A DNA stretch of 64,000 bases from an uncultured Bdellovibrionales bacterium. Its GTDB lineage: Bacteria; Bdellovibrionota; Bdellovibrionia; Bdellovibrionales; UBA1609. Location: NCBI GenBank assembly GCA_938002015.1, contig CALLAU010000087.1, positions 9,920 through 73,919 of the forward strand, read 5' to 3'. The notes under the pieces were generated by a model, which was given only the letters and a program-made list of their open reading frames with translations, did not search any database and had not been told where the DNA came from. The translations under genes and the position numbers were made by a program. Shown piece after piece: positions 27,477 to 36,900 of the stretch. The first letter of the stretch is position 1, and every line of letters starts with the position of its first letter.

Positions 27477-27712
27477 TAAACCCTCCTAGGCTAAGTCGAA
27501 CTGTTAAATGTTTGGATGGATTTTGACTAGGAGCTTTGAAAAAAATTTATAAAATGCATTAAAACCTAGACTCTTATGCGCAAACTATCGATAGAAGATA
27601 CATTAGAAATGTCTAAAGCGAGAGTCTGTAACCATTAAATATCACTGACAAGGGGGCTTAAAAGTTTGATAAAAAAATTGTTGAATTAAGTATCGAAGAC
27701 TTATGAGGCTTT

Positions 27713-28195
27713 TTACAAAACTTCTTCTATTTCATAAAATTTGTCTTTAAATTTAAATTCATCACCTATAAATTTTCCACATATAAGTCTTCCAATAGGG
27801 GAGCTTACGCTAATTGATTTTACTTCTATCTCTTTACTTACTTTTACGCTTACTCCACCAGAAGGCAGTAAGAAGACATAGTTAACTTCATCAGTTTCAA
27901 TCAGGTTAAGTTTAACTAAAGCTCCGACTCCAATTGGAAGTTCATCGTTATAAGGATTTAAATTAACACGACTTACTTGATAAATTTTTTCTTTTAAATC
28001 AAGGGCTCTTTTTGACTGAGCTCCAGCAAGGTATGAAGCTTCTAAACCACGAGTGTCATATTTATTTTCAGCTTTTGACTCTTCATTAGTTGAAGCTTCT
28101 TTTGCTATTTGAGCTGATTCAGCCAGAGCATCATAATTGTCTTGCAGCTGCTTTAAGATTTCAGCATGAATTTTAACTTTATCAACTTTATGCAT
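27713..28195 (-). CDS. GreA/GreB-family transcription factor homologue
   Basis: C-terminal SSPIGRLICGKFIGDEF matches the SPLGRALLGKKVGD block. N-terminal coiled coil contains an AENKYD tip-like segment. 160 aa. Confidence 0.65.
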   Translation of the reverse strand: MHKVDKVKIHAEILKQLQDNYDALAESAQIAKEASTNEESKAENKYDTRGLEASYLAGAQSKRALDLKEKIYQVSRVNLNPYNDELPIGVGALVKLNLIETDEVNYVFLLPSGGVSVKVSKEIEVKSISVSSPIGRLICGKFIGDEFKFKDKFYEIEEVL

Positions 28196-28206
28196 AAGTT
28201 ATAAGA

Positions 28207-29664
28207 TTATGATTTATAATCATCAGCTTGAATACTATATTTTTGTATTTTTCTTTGAAGGGTTTTCTTTGGTATATTAGCTTGAAGTGCTGTTTGATTA
28301 AGCCTTCCATTGTTTCTTTTTAAAGCCTCAATAATAAACTTTTTTTCAAACTCTTCTTTACTTTTTTGAAAATCAAGCTCGTCAGCTGCAATCCTAATTT
28401 CAGGAACAAGGCTTTCTTCATCAATTTTTGCCTCTCCTTCTTTTGTCACAACAAGAGAGTTGTTAAAGCCCTCAACTTCTCCAGTTTTTAAACCAAGAAC
28501 CTCTTGTGGTAAATGCTTTGCCTCTAGCCACTGAGACTCACAAAGAACAAAAGCTCTTTCAACAGAGTTTTCAAGCTCTCTAATATTTCCTGGCCACTCA
28601 TAAGAATCAAGTAAGTTTAAGAAATCTTGCCTACAACCAAGAACATCTTTTTTATGTTTTTCATTAAATTTTTCTATAAAAACTTTTACAAGCTTTGGAA
28701 TATCAGATTTTCTTTCTTTAAGACTTGGGAGTTTTAAACCCATTATATTAAGTCTAAAATAAAGATCTTGTCTAAAATCACCTTTTTTAACCATCTCAGT
28801 TAAATTTTTATGAGTTGCAGTAATGACTCTTACATCAAAAGCAATTTCTTGATGAAGCCCCACTGGAGTAAACTTCTTTTCCTGTAAGACTCTTAAAAGC
28901 TTTACTTGATTAGCTAAAGACAAATCTCCTATCTCATCTAAAAAAAGAGTTCCTCCTTCAGCAAACTGAAACTTACCAATTTTTCTTTGATCTGCTCCAG
29001 TAAAAGCTCCTTTTTCATGACCAAAAAATTCACTTTCAAATAAATTCTCAGGAACTGCAGAACAGTTTACAGCAACAAAAGGCATCGCATTTCTTGTTGA
29101 GTTATGATGAAGAGCACGCGCTACAAGCTCTTTACCAGTACCTGAAGGACCTTGAATAAGCACGGGAGTATCAACTTTTGAAACTTTTCTTATTAAATCA
29201 TTAATAACTTTAAGCTCTTTTGAAGAACCCACCATCTCTCTTCCTTCTTCAAATAAAAGAGGGGAAGCCTCACTTACTGATTCCATCAGGCTATGAGCGT
29301 TTGCAATATCATCTAAGATTTTTTCTAAAGACTGAGGTTTAAGTGGCTTTTCTAAATACGTATGCGCCCCAAGTCTTATGGCTTTTACAGCGTCCCCTAC
29401 TTTTCCATAAGCTGTCATAAGAACAAAGTAGGTTTGAGGCTTTTTATTAATAGCCTCTTCTAAAACTTTCATTCCGCTCATTAAAGGAAGATCAATATCT
29501 AAGAAAACAACTTCAAAATCAGTTTTAAGTATTCTATCTAGTCCTCTTTTACCGTTTTCAGCTAAAGTTACAGAAGACACATATTTATGATTTTTTAAGT
29601 GCTCATCAAGTGAGGCCCTTAAAACCATATCATCATCTACAACTAAAACATTTAATGAGCTCAT
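28207..29664 (-). CDS. Sigma-54-dependent response regulator (NtrC family: REC + AAA+ + Fis-type HTH)
   Basis: REC Asp in VFLDIDLPLMSG; Walker A GPSGTGKE; GAFTGA loop; ELENSVERA; C-terminal HTH LNQTALQANIPKKTLQRKI. Confidence 0.92.
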   Translation of the reverse strand: MSSLNVLVVDDDMVLRASLDEHLKNHKYVSSVTLAENGKRGLDRILKTDFEVVFLDIDLPLMSGMKVLEEAINKKPQTYFVLMTAYGKVGDAVKAIRLGAHTYLEKPLKPQSLEKILDDIANAHSLMESVSEASPLLFEEGREMVGSSKELKVINDLIRKVSKVDTPVLIQGPSGTGKELVARALHHNSTRNAMPFVAVNCSAVPENLFESEFFGHEKGAFTGADQRKIGKFQFAEGGTLFLDEIGDLSLANQVKLLRVLQEKKFTPVGLHQEIAFDVRVITATHKNLTEMVKKGDFRQDLYFRLNIMGLKLPSLKERKSDIPKLVKVFIEKFNEKHKKDVLGCRQDFLNLLDSYEWPGNIRELENSVERAFVLCESQWLEAKHLPQEVLGLKTGEVEGFNNSLVVTKEGEAKIDEESLVPEIRIAADELDFQKSKEEFEKKFIIEALKRNNGRLNQTALQANIPKKTLQRKIQKYSIQADDYKS

Positions 29665-29673
29665 TTTTATAAA

Positions 29674-30462
29674 CTATCCTTTTTTTAAGTCAGCAGTAGT
29701 GTTTTTAACCTCATGATCTTTACTACTTTTAGCACCTGTAACTTTATTAGTCTTTGGGAAACTAATTGTAAACGTACTGCCTTTTCCTATTACTGAGTCA
29801 ACTTCAACTCTTGCTCCATGTATTTTTATAAAACTCGCAGTAATAGCCAATCCTAAACCAGTTCCAGGAACTTCATGAGTGAGTTCTGTTCTAAAGTAAG
29901 GTTGAAAAATATCATTTAAATCGTTTACGCTTATTCCACAACCTTGATCAGCAATTTGAATAAGAATTTCCTTATCCATTTCCTCAGAAGAAACAAGGAC
30001 TCTGCTTTCAGTAGGGCTATATTTAATAGCGTTTTCTAAAACATTAGATATGGCTCTAAAAACTAAATTTTCATCTAACATAAGAGGAAATAAAGGCTCA
30101 GTCTCTAAAATAAGACTAATACCTTTTTGTTTAGCCCAAAAATCATTTTGAGCCACCACAGATGAGAGAACTCTATTTAAATCTATTTGCTTAAAAGAAG
30201 GTTTAATAGATTTCTTTTTAATTTGCTCATAAATAAAAATGGTATCCATCGTGCTCTTACACTCTTCAATAGACTCCTTCATTTTATTTAAAAGCTTTCT
30301 TTCTTCAAAATCATAAGAAGACTTTGCCTCAAGGTTAGAAATAAGGCTTTCTATTCTACTTAAAGGTGTTTTTAACTCATGACTTAGCCAGTGCATCCAG
30401 TTTTCAGGCTCTTCAACATAAGCCTCACTCACTCTTATTTTATCACTCTCTAAATCTTTCAA
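29674..30462 (-). CDS. Histidine kinase consisting only of DHp + CA domains (no transmembrane or sensor domain)
   Basis: H-box SHELKTPLSRI; N-box NVLENAIKYSP; G1 DQGCGI; G2 GTGLGLAI. 262 aa, with no hydrophobic segment. Confidence 0.88.
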   Translation of the reverse strand: MKDLESDKIRVSEAYVEEPENWMHWLSHELKTPLSRIESLISNLEAKSSYDFEERKLLNKMKESIEECKSTMDTIFIYEQIKKKSIKPSFKQIDLNRVLSSVVAQNDFWAKQKGISLILETEPLFPLMLDENLVFRAISNVLENAIKYSPTESRVLVSSEEMDKEILIQIADQGCGISVNDLNDIFQPYFRTELTHEVPGTGLGLAITASFIKIHGARVEVDSVIGKGSTFTISFPKTNKVTGAKSSKDHEVKNTTADLKKG

Positions 30463-30551
30463 AAAGAACCTCTCTTTATATAACTAGTTAAAGAGCAAGA
30501 TACATTCCACCCTACAAACCTTCTAAACTGCTAGAATCACTCATTATTTTG

Positions 30552-30572
30552 CACAAATTTGGGACATTTGTG
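30552..30572. promoter_or_regulatory. Inverted repeat CACAAAT-N7-ATTTGTG in the divergent intergenic region
   Basis: Perfect 7-bp arms at 30552..30558 and 30566..30572. Lies between the kinase operon and the divergent lipoprotein gene. Confidence 0.35.
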
Positions 30573-30604
30573 AATTTTTTCCAAAAACTAGGGCCCCTTT
30601 TGTC

Positions 30605-30619
30605 AGCCCTAATAGGGCT
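30605..30619. promoter_or_regulatory. Perfect 15-bp palindrome AGCCCTA-A-TAGGGCT
   Basis: Read directly from the sequence. About 90 nt upstream of the 30706 start codon. Confidence 0.3.
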
Positions 30620-30705
30620 TAAACATCTAAAAATAAAGGCTTTTATATAGGATCTATTTGAGACTAGCTCTTGTTATTTATGCGCTGAGTTGATAATTCT
30701 ATTAT

Positions 30706-31545
30706 ATGCGAATTTTCACTCTCTTTTGCCTACTTTTAACCTTAGTTCAGCTTACTGGCTGCACAAGTAAGGCTAAAAAAGAGTGTAAAGGGGCAAACTG
30801 GAGCTATGTTGGCCAACAAGATGGCGAACTTGGTAGAGAAAACCGAAGTCGCTACCATTACCAAAAATGCAACAGATACAAAGTCTTTGTTTCTACTGCT
30901 GAATATGAACAGGGCTACCTTCAAGGTATTGAAAGATTTTGTAATTTTGAAAGAGGCTTAAACCAGTCTATTAAAGGACTCCGCCCTGAAGTGATTTGTG
31001 CAGAACAAACTAAGTACACAGATGGGTATGAAAGCGGCTTAACTGAAGTTTGTAATACAAAAAAAGGCAAAGAAGATGCACTTTCAGGAAAAAAGTTTTC
31101 TAGTTTTTGCATTAAAAAAAGTGATTACCAAATAGGTTATAAAAATGGACAACTTCTTTTTTGCTCACACAGAAATGGTTACAGGCAAGGTTATGAAGGC
31201 CGAGATGTTTTAAATGTTTGTAAAGGAAGTGATTTTTACGACAACTTTGCAAAAGGCTTTAATGAAGGAAAGTTAGAGTTCTTAAAAAAAGAGAATTTAA
31301 AATTAGAAAGTGATATCAAAGGCTTTCAAAGTAACCTTAATTACATTAAAACCACATTAGATAAAAAAATCACTCAAGTTCAAAGTCTCCCTAAAAGCGA
31401 TGATTCATATATCGTGCAAATGAAATCTCAGCTTGAAACTTCAATTAAAAATTTAAAAACAAAAAAAGATAAAATGGAAAAACTGATTCTTCAATCTGAA
31501 AGTAAGATCAACTTAAATAACCAACAAATTGGTGAATTAAACTAG
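30706..31545 (+). CDS. Lipoprotein with DUF2799-like Y-x-x-G-Y repeats and C-terminal coiled coil
   Basis: Lipobox LTGC. Repeated modules YEQGYLQGIERFC, YTDGYESGLTEVC, YQIGYKNGQLLFC, YRQGYEGRDVLNVC and FAKGFNEG. Heptad-rich tail. Confidence 0.6.
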   Translation: MRIFTLFCLLLTLVQLTGCTSKAKKECKGANWSYVGQQDGELGRENRSRYHYQKCNRYKVFVSTAEYEQGYLQGIERFCNFERGLNQSIKGLRPEVICAEQTKYTDGYESGLTEVCNTKKGKEDALSGKKFSSFCIKKSDYQIGYKNGQLLFCSHRNGYRQGYEGRDVLNVCKGSDFYDNFAKGFNEGKLEFLKKENLKLESDIKGFQSNLNYIKTTLDKKITQVQSLPKSDDSYIVQMKSQLETSIKNLKTKKDKMEKLILQSESKINLNNQQIGELN

Positions 31546-31628
31546 AAAAAAAGAGAAACTAATAAATAAAGATCAATAGGGCGCAAAGATTTAACTTTAA
31601 AAGAAAGCCCCTAAAAATCAATTAGAGT

Positions 31629-32711
31629 ATGGAAGATCAAAATACCTCATTAGATCAAAGAAAAATCATTCATATTGATATGGACTGCTTCTTTGTTTCT
31701 GTTGAAGAAAAACTTGATCCTACATTAAAAGGAAAACCTGTCGTTGTTGCCGGTAAATCTTCAAGACGAGGTGTAGTTTCAGCTGCAAATTATGAAGCTC
31801 GTAAGTATGGTATTCATTCAGCTATGGCAACAGCAATCGCTGAAAGACTTTGTAAAAATCTTATTATTGCTCCACACCATTTTAGCGAATATAAAAATGA
31901 GAGTATTGAGATTAAAAAAATATTTAAACGCTACACAGACACTATTGAACCTCTCTCACTTGATGAGGCCTTCTTGGATGTATCTAAAAATGAAAAACAC
32001 TCAGGAAGCGCCACTCTTATTGCAAAAGAAATAAGAGATGTTATTTGGGAGGAACGTAAACTTCGAGCTTCAGCAGGGATTGCTCCAAATAAGTTTCTAG
32101 CAAAAGTTGCAAGTGACTGGAAAAAACCAAATGGACAGTTCACCGTAAGTCCTGAGATTGCTTTTGATTTTGCTTCAGAGCTTCCTATTGGAAAAATTTT
32201 TGGAGTCGGTAAAGTAACAGAGAAGAAAATGCACAGCATGGGGATATATTTTTGTAAAGACCTTCATAAATACCCTCTTGTTGAATTAGAGAAACTTTTT
32301 GGATCCTGGGGGAGAAGGCTTTTTAATCTCTCTAGAGGTATTGATTACAGGCCTGTTAAAAGCTCATGGAAGAGAAAATCTTTTTCTGTTGAAAGAACTT
32401 TTGATAAAGATTTAAATAAAGTTGAAGAAATTGAAACTCAATTTAAAAAAGTTTTTGATACCTTTATTGATAGAATTAAAAAATCAAAAGTTAATCTATC
32501 TGAAATTCAAGGTGTCACTTTTAAGATAAAGTATCTTGATTTTAAGCAAAGAACAAAAGATCATAAAACAACGGCCAAGCTTCCTGAATACAGTAATATG
32601 TTAGATCATTTAAAGGACTTTTGGTTTGCAGAGCAAAAACCGGTGAGACTCATAGGTTTTGGAGTCAGATTAAAAGACTCCAAAACCACTCAAATAGAAA
32701 TGGAATTATAA
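31629..32711 (+). CDS. dinB: DNA polymerase IV (Y-family)
   Basis: IIHIDMDCFFVSVE; SLDEAFLDV; GIAPNKFLAKVASDWKKPNG; GVGKVT. Confidence 0.93.
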   Translation: MEDQNTSLDQRKIIHIDMDCFFVSVEEKLDPTLKGKPVVVAGKSSRRGVVSAANYEARKYGIHSAMATAIAERLCKNLIIAPHHFSEYKNESIEIKKIFKRYTDTIEPLSLDEAFLDVSKNEKHSGSATLIAKEIRDVIWEERKLRASAGIAPNKFLAKVASDWKKPNGQFTVSPEIAFDFASELPIGKIFGVGKVTEKKMHSMGIYFCKDLHKYPLVELEKLFGSWGRRLFNLSRGIDYRPVKSSWKRKSFSVERTFDKDLNKVEEIETQFKKVFDTFIDRIKKSKVNLSEIQGVTFKIKYLDFKQRTKDHKTTAKLPEYSNMLDHLKDFWFAEQKPVRLIGFGVRLKDSKTTQIEMEL

Positions 32712-33971
32712 TTCTGACAGACCTCTTGCAAAGTTATTTAAGTTTTTAATAGTGTATCTTGGCATACCTATACCAAGTCCCTCAGTACAAACCCTATGGT
32801 CATATTCCTGAGTTTGACCTCTTTCCATACGTCTCACACCAGTGTTATTATGTGATAGGTCAACCCAAGAATCATCAATTACAAAATCAGACATATCAAC
32901 AACAGGCTTTCTTATTCCTCCAAGGCTACTTGAAAGTCGACTCAGTTTCTCTATTGCTAAAGACGCACCCACATCTAGTTTAGAGTCACTAAAAACAGTA
33001 ATTCCATCTAGAAAAGCTTTATAAACTGAAGAAACTTTCGTCGTAAATGCCATTGCACTATAGTTAACAAGTGTTGTAGTACCATCATCTTCAGAAAATA
33101 AACCCCAGTAATTCACACCATCTCTTAAGATGCTTGAAGAATATAGAAGTTCTTGCGCGTACACTTCATCCGGGACTCTTCCAAAAATAGATTCTAAAGA
33201 GTTTCTTTCAGACTGAGGCAGTCTTCGAAGCACACTTAATGAATAAGTTCTAAAAACAGGAACTTCTCTGCCGTCTTCCCTAATAATTCGCTCAATATTC
33301 TCATCTTGAGCTTCTGCTTTAGCCGCAAGCATATTCATAAATGGATCGCACCCATAGTCTTCAAATCTAATTGTAGAGAAAATTAATTCTGCATTTTCAT
33401 CAATACCATCGATTACTCTATGAGAGCTATGAAGAGGCTCTAGTATACTGTGAGCAAAATCTTTTGAAACACTAGTATGTACATGAGGTGAATCAGCCTT
33501 ACTAAAAATATCAACTAATGTAGATATATCAATTCTCGCTTTATCAATGCTGACTGGTATTTTCACACCAATTTTTGATTTATAAATCACAGCAGATTTT
33601 TCTTGTACTTCAGCTCTGTCTAGTTCTTCTCTACTAGATATTGAGTCATAAAAATTTTGACCTATCTGATCACCAAGTACTGTCTGTGTTTCTACAAGGT
33701 TTGGAGGATTAACTTCAAACTCATTTTCACCATTTAAGATAGTTGTATAAATCGGATTTTTATCTATTGAAACTAAGTTCTGATGCCCGCTCTCTACCCA
33801 CTTATTCCAACTCATCATTTTTCCCCAATAATGAACTTTACCATCATCTACTTGATCTAAAGCAAACTCTTGTGAGTGTTGAACAACTTCCGCTGCATTA
33901 GATACAAAGCTAAAGCTACTAACTACATATATGGATAATATTAAATATTTCATCATCTGTATGACTCCCAT
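32706..33971 (-). CDS. Hypothetical secreted protein co-transcribed with PBP1A
   Basis: Signal peptide MKYLILSIYVVSSFSFVSNAAE. The 5' end overlaps the PBP1A stop by 19 nt. No family recognised. Confidence 0.5.
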   Translation of the reverse strand: MGVIQMMKYLILSIYVVSSFSFVSNAAEVVQHSQEFALDQVDDGKVHYWGKMMSWNKWVESGHQNLVSIDKNPIYTTILNGENEFEVNPPNLVETQTVLGDQIGQNFYDSISSREELDRAEVQEKSAVIYKSKIGVKIPVSIDKARIDISTLVDIFSKADSPHVHTSVSKDFAHSILEPLHSSHRVIDGIDENAELIFSTIRFEDYGCDPFMNMLAAKAEAQDENIERIIREDGREVPVFRTYSLSVLRRLPQSERNSLESIFGRVPDEVYAQELLYSSSILRDGVNYWGLFSEDDGTTTLVNYSAMAFTTKVSSVYKAFLDGITVFSDSKLDVGASLAIEKLSRLSSSLGGIRKPVVDMSDFVIDDSWVDLSHNNTGVRRMERGQTQEYDHRVCTEGLGIGMPRYTIKNLNNFARGLSEL

Positions 33972-36900
33972 GTTCTAAATCTGTAATAAATAAAAAAGAA
34001 TTTTTTAAAATCTTCGTAAACGTAATACTGATCATATGTATCTCTTTTACTCTTACAATCAGATATTTGATTTTCTCTATATCCCTGATTTAAATAGTAA
34101 TTACAATTTTGATCATAAATTTGATAGTTACGCGCTAACTGATCTGTATAATTTTTTTGTTGAGCTGAAATTTCATTTTTCCTTTGATCACTCAAATTAT
34201 CATAAAACAAATCAGCCAGTGCAGTATTAACTCTACCATCATAATAGATCAGGCCTCTTTCTCCACGACCCTCTACATAGTACTCAGTTACTGAAGGAAT
34301 CTCGCTAGTTCTTCCAGTATAATTTTGATAAACGTTTTGAAGCTGAGAATCTACAACAAACCCTGTTCTAGGTTCAACTTGAACACTTGCTAAGCCTTCA
34401 GGTGCGCCATCAAAAACGTTTTGCAGTTCATCAGAGAATTTTTCATAAAAAGATTCCATAAAGTATTCAAAAACAGGAAGTGCAACCGAAGCACCAGTTG
34501 CATTACTTCCTAAAGCACTATTGTCAGGGTACCCTACCCACACAGCAACAGTAATTCTACTATTAAAACCTACAAACCAAGTGTCTTTTGCAGAGTTTGT
34601 TGTTCCAGTTTTTCCTGCAATAACTGATGACCATCTTTTAATTTTTTTGGCAGTTCCTTTTTCCACAACACCTTGAAGCATTGTTCTTAAAAGGTAGGTA
34701 TCAAGTGGAAGCTTATCAGAAACTCTTCTATCATCTAAGAGTGCTGAAATAACAATATCATTGATTTCAAATTCATCAGAAACACTATCAGAGTTTTTAG
34801 TTATCTCTTCAATAAGCTTTGGAGCTATATACTCCCCACCTCTAGCTATAGTTGAATATGCTGCTGCCATATTTGCAACAGTTGTCTCTTTAGTTCCCAG
34901 TAAACTTGGATGACAGGTCTCTCTATCAAATCCACCTTCTCTATAAACACCGAATCTTTGCATGAGTGTGTGTACATTTCTTAAACCCTCAGAAAGGTCT
35001 TGATCATAACCCTGATAATCAAGTCTGTTTCCATTCCAACTTGCATGAGCTCCAGATGCTCTAGCCATTAAGTTAAGAGTTGCGTAATTTTGTGAGTACG
35101 CTAAACCATCAGCCATAGTCATAGAATCTCTTTGAAGTCTTTTAGAGTCTGGAGACCATGAAGCACATAGTCTTTCACCATCTCTTCTTTGAGGGAATCT
35201 TACACGCTGATTAGAGACTGTATTATAGGGGTTAAAACCAGCTTGAAGTGCATATAGATATGTAAAAGGTTTAACTGTTGATCCTGGCTGTCTTTTAGAA
35301 ATAAAAGACCTATTTGCCTCAGGCCCCTTATACCTTGCTCCAGCTCCTATTGAGAAACCACCACTAGTTGCTAAGACATCACCTGTTTCATTATCAATTA
35401 CAACTATTCCGCCTTGAATTTTTGTTGTTGAAGCAATTCTATATATAAACTGATCATCATTAACTTTAATTTTTTGCAAGAAAACAGTATCCCAAGCCTC
35501 TAAATACTTTGGCTCAGAATCAGGTGAAGAAACTTTAGCAAGTTTACCGTTTCTATCATTTTCATGTCTTCTAACAACAGTTCCATCTTTTAAACCAATT
35601 TCTGTATTACTTAAAATCACACCTATTTCAAACTGACTAAGATCAGGCTGCCTAGCTTTAATTTTTTCTAAAACTTCAGGGTAGAGTGCTATTAAATTAG
35701 CACTTGCTTCACCTTCACTTAAGTCTTCAAGCCTTGATTTAATGTTTGGCAGACGATCTTCATATGATCTCACTCTTAATCGCCCTTTTCTTCTTTCAAA
35801 ATCCAGAAGACCTTTTTGTAAAGACTCAACAGCCATTTTTTGAAGATCATGGTGTATTGGTACAGTGATATCAAAACCCTTTGTTGAGTCTGACTTTTTA
35901 GAAATCTCTTTCTCAACTTGGCTAACATAAAAGTGGGCATATTTTTCTTTTTCAGTTACATCAGATCCAGAAATCACTTCAATTGGTTTTTGCTGAGCTG
36001 CTGTCATATCACTAGCAGAGATGTGTCCTTCATCGTGCATTCTTTTAAGAACATAGTTTCTTCTCACTAAAGTTCTTCTAACAGTATCTGGGTTAGAACT
36101 TCCTGGGTTATAATAATTTGGGCCCTTTGGAAGAGCTGCTATTAAAGCCGCTTCATGTAACTCAACATCTTTAATAGACTTACCAAAATAACTTTTTGAA
36201 GCCATTTCTACACCTTGGGATCTTCTCCCAAAATCAATTGTATTTAAATATAAATCTAGAATTTGATCTTTAGTTAAAAGCTTTTCTAGACGGCTTGAAA
36301 GAATCAACTCCCTGACTTTTCTGAACATAGAGCGTTTTCTTTTTCTTTGTTCAACATGAACATCGTTAAATAAAATTAAATTTTTAGCTAACTGCATAGT
36401 AATTGTTGAGCCACCTTGAATACCATCAGTTGAAGCAGAAGCCTGCCCTGCTCTCATAAAACTTTTAAACTCAACACCTTTATGCCCACGGTAATTCTCA
36501 CTACCCTCTGGTTCAAAATTCCAAAAAGTAGCATCTTCAATAGAAACTAATGCTTTTTTTAAATTTAAAGGAATGTCATTAGTAATTGTTCTTCTGTTAA
36601 TTCTTACTGTTTCAATTTCACCATCAAGTTCAATTGTATCAACTTTATGAAACTCTCCAATAATATTATTTTCTAAATCTCTAACAAAAGAAACTTCTGG
36701 AAGTTCAGGAAGGTCACTTAAGCTTTGCCACTCAGGTATTTCGTTATAAAACTTTGCGTAACGATCAACTGCTTGTCTTAAGTTAAATGCCGTTAAATAA
36801 TTTAAAGGAAAATCTCTATCACAGGCTCTCATGATAAACTCAAAACTCTCTGCAAGAACAAATTCTTCTAAAGGCTCAATTAATGATGTCTGTTTTTTTT

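Noticed and set aside
30559-30617. Sigma-54-like -24/-12 elements (TTGGGAC..., TAGGGCCCCTTTTGTC) in the kinase/lipoprotein spacer
   Set aside because: Neither has the GG-N10-GC spacing together with a TGC at -12. One lacks the GC and the other is off by one with GT instead of GC.
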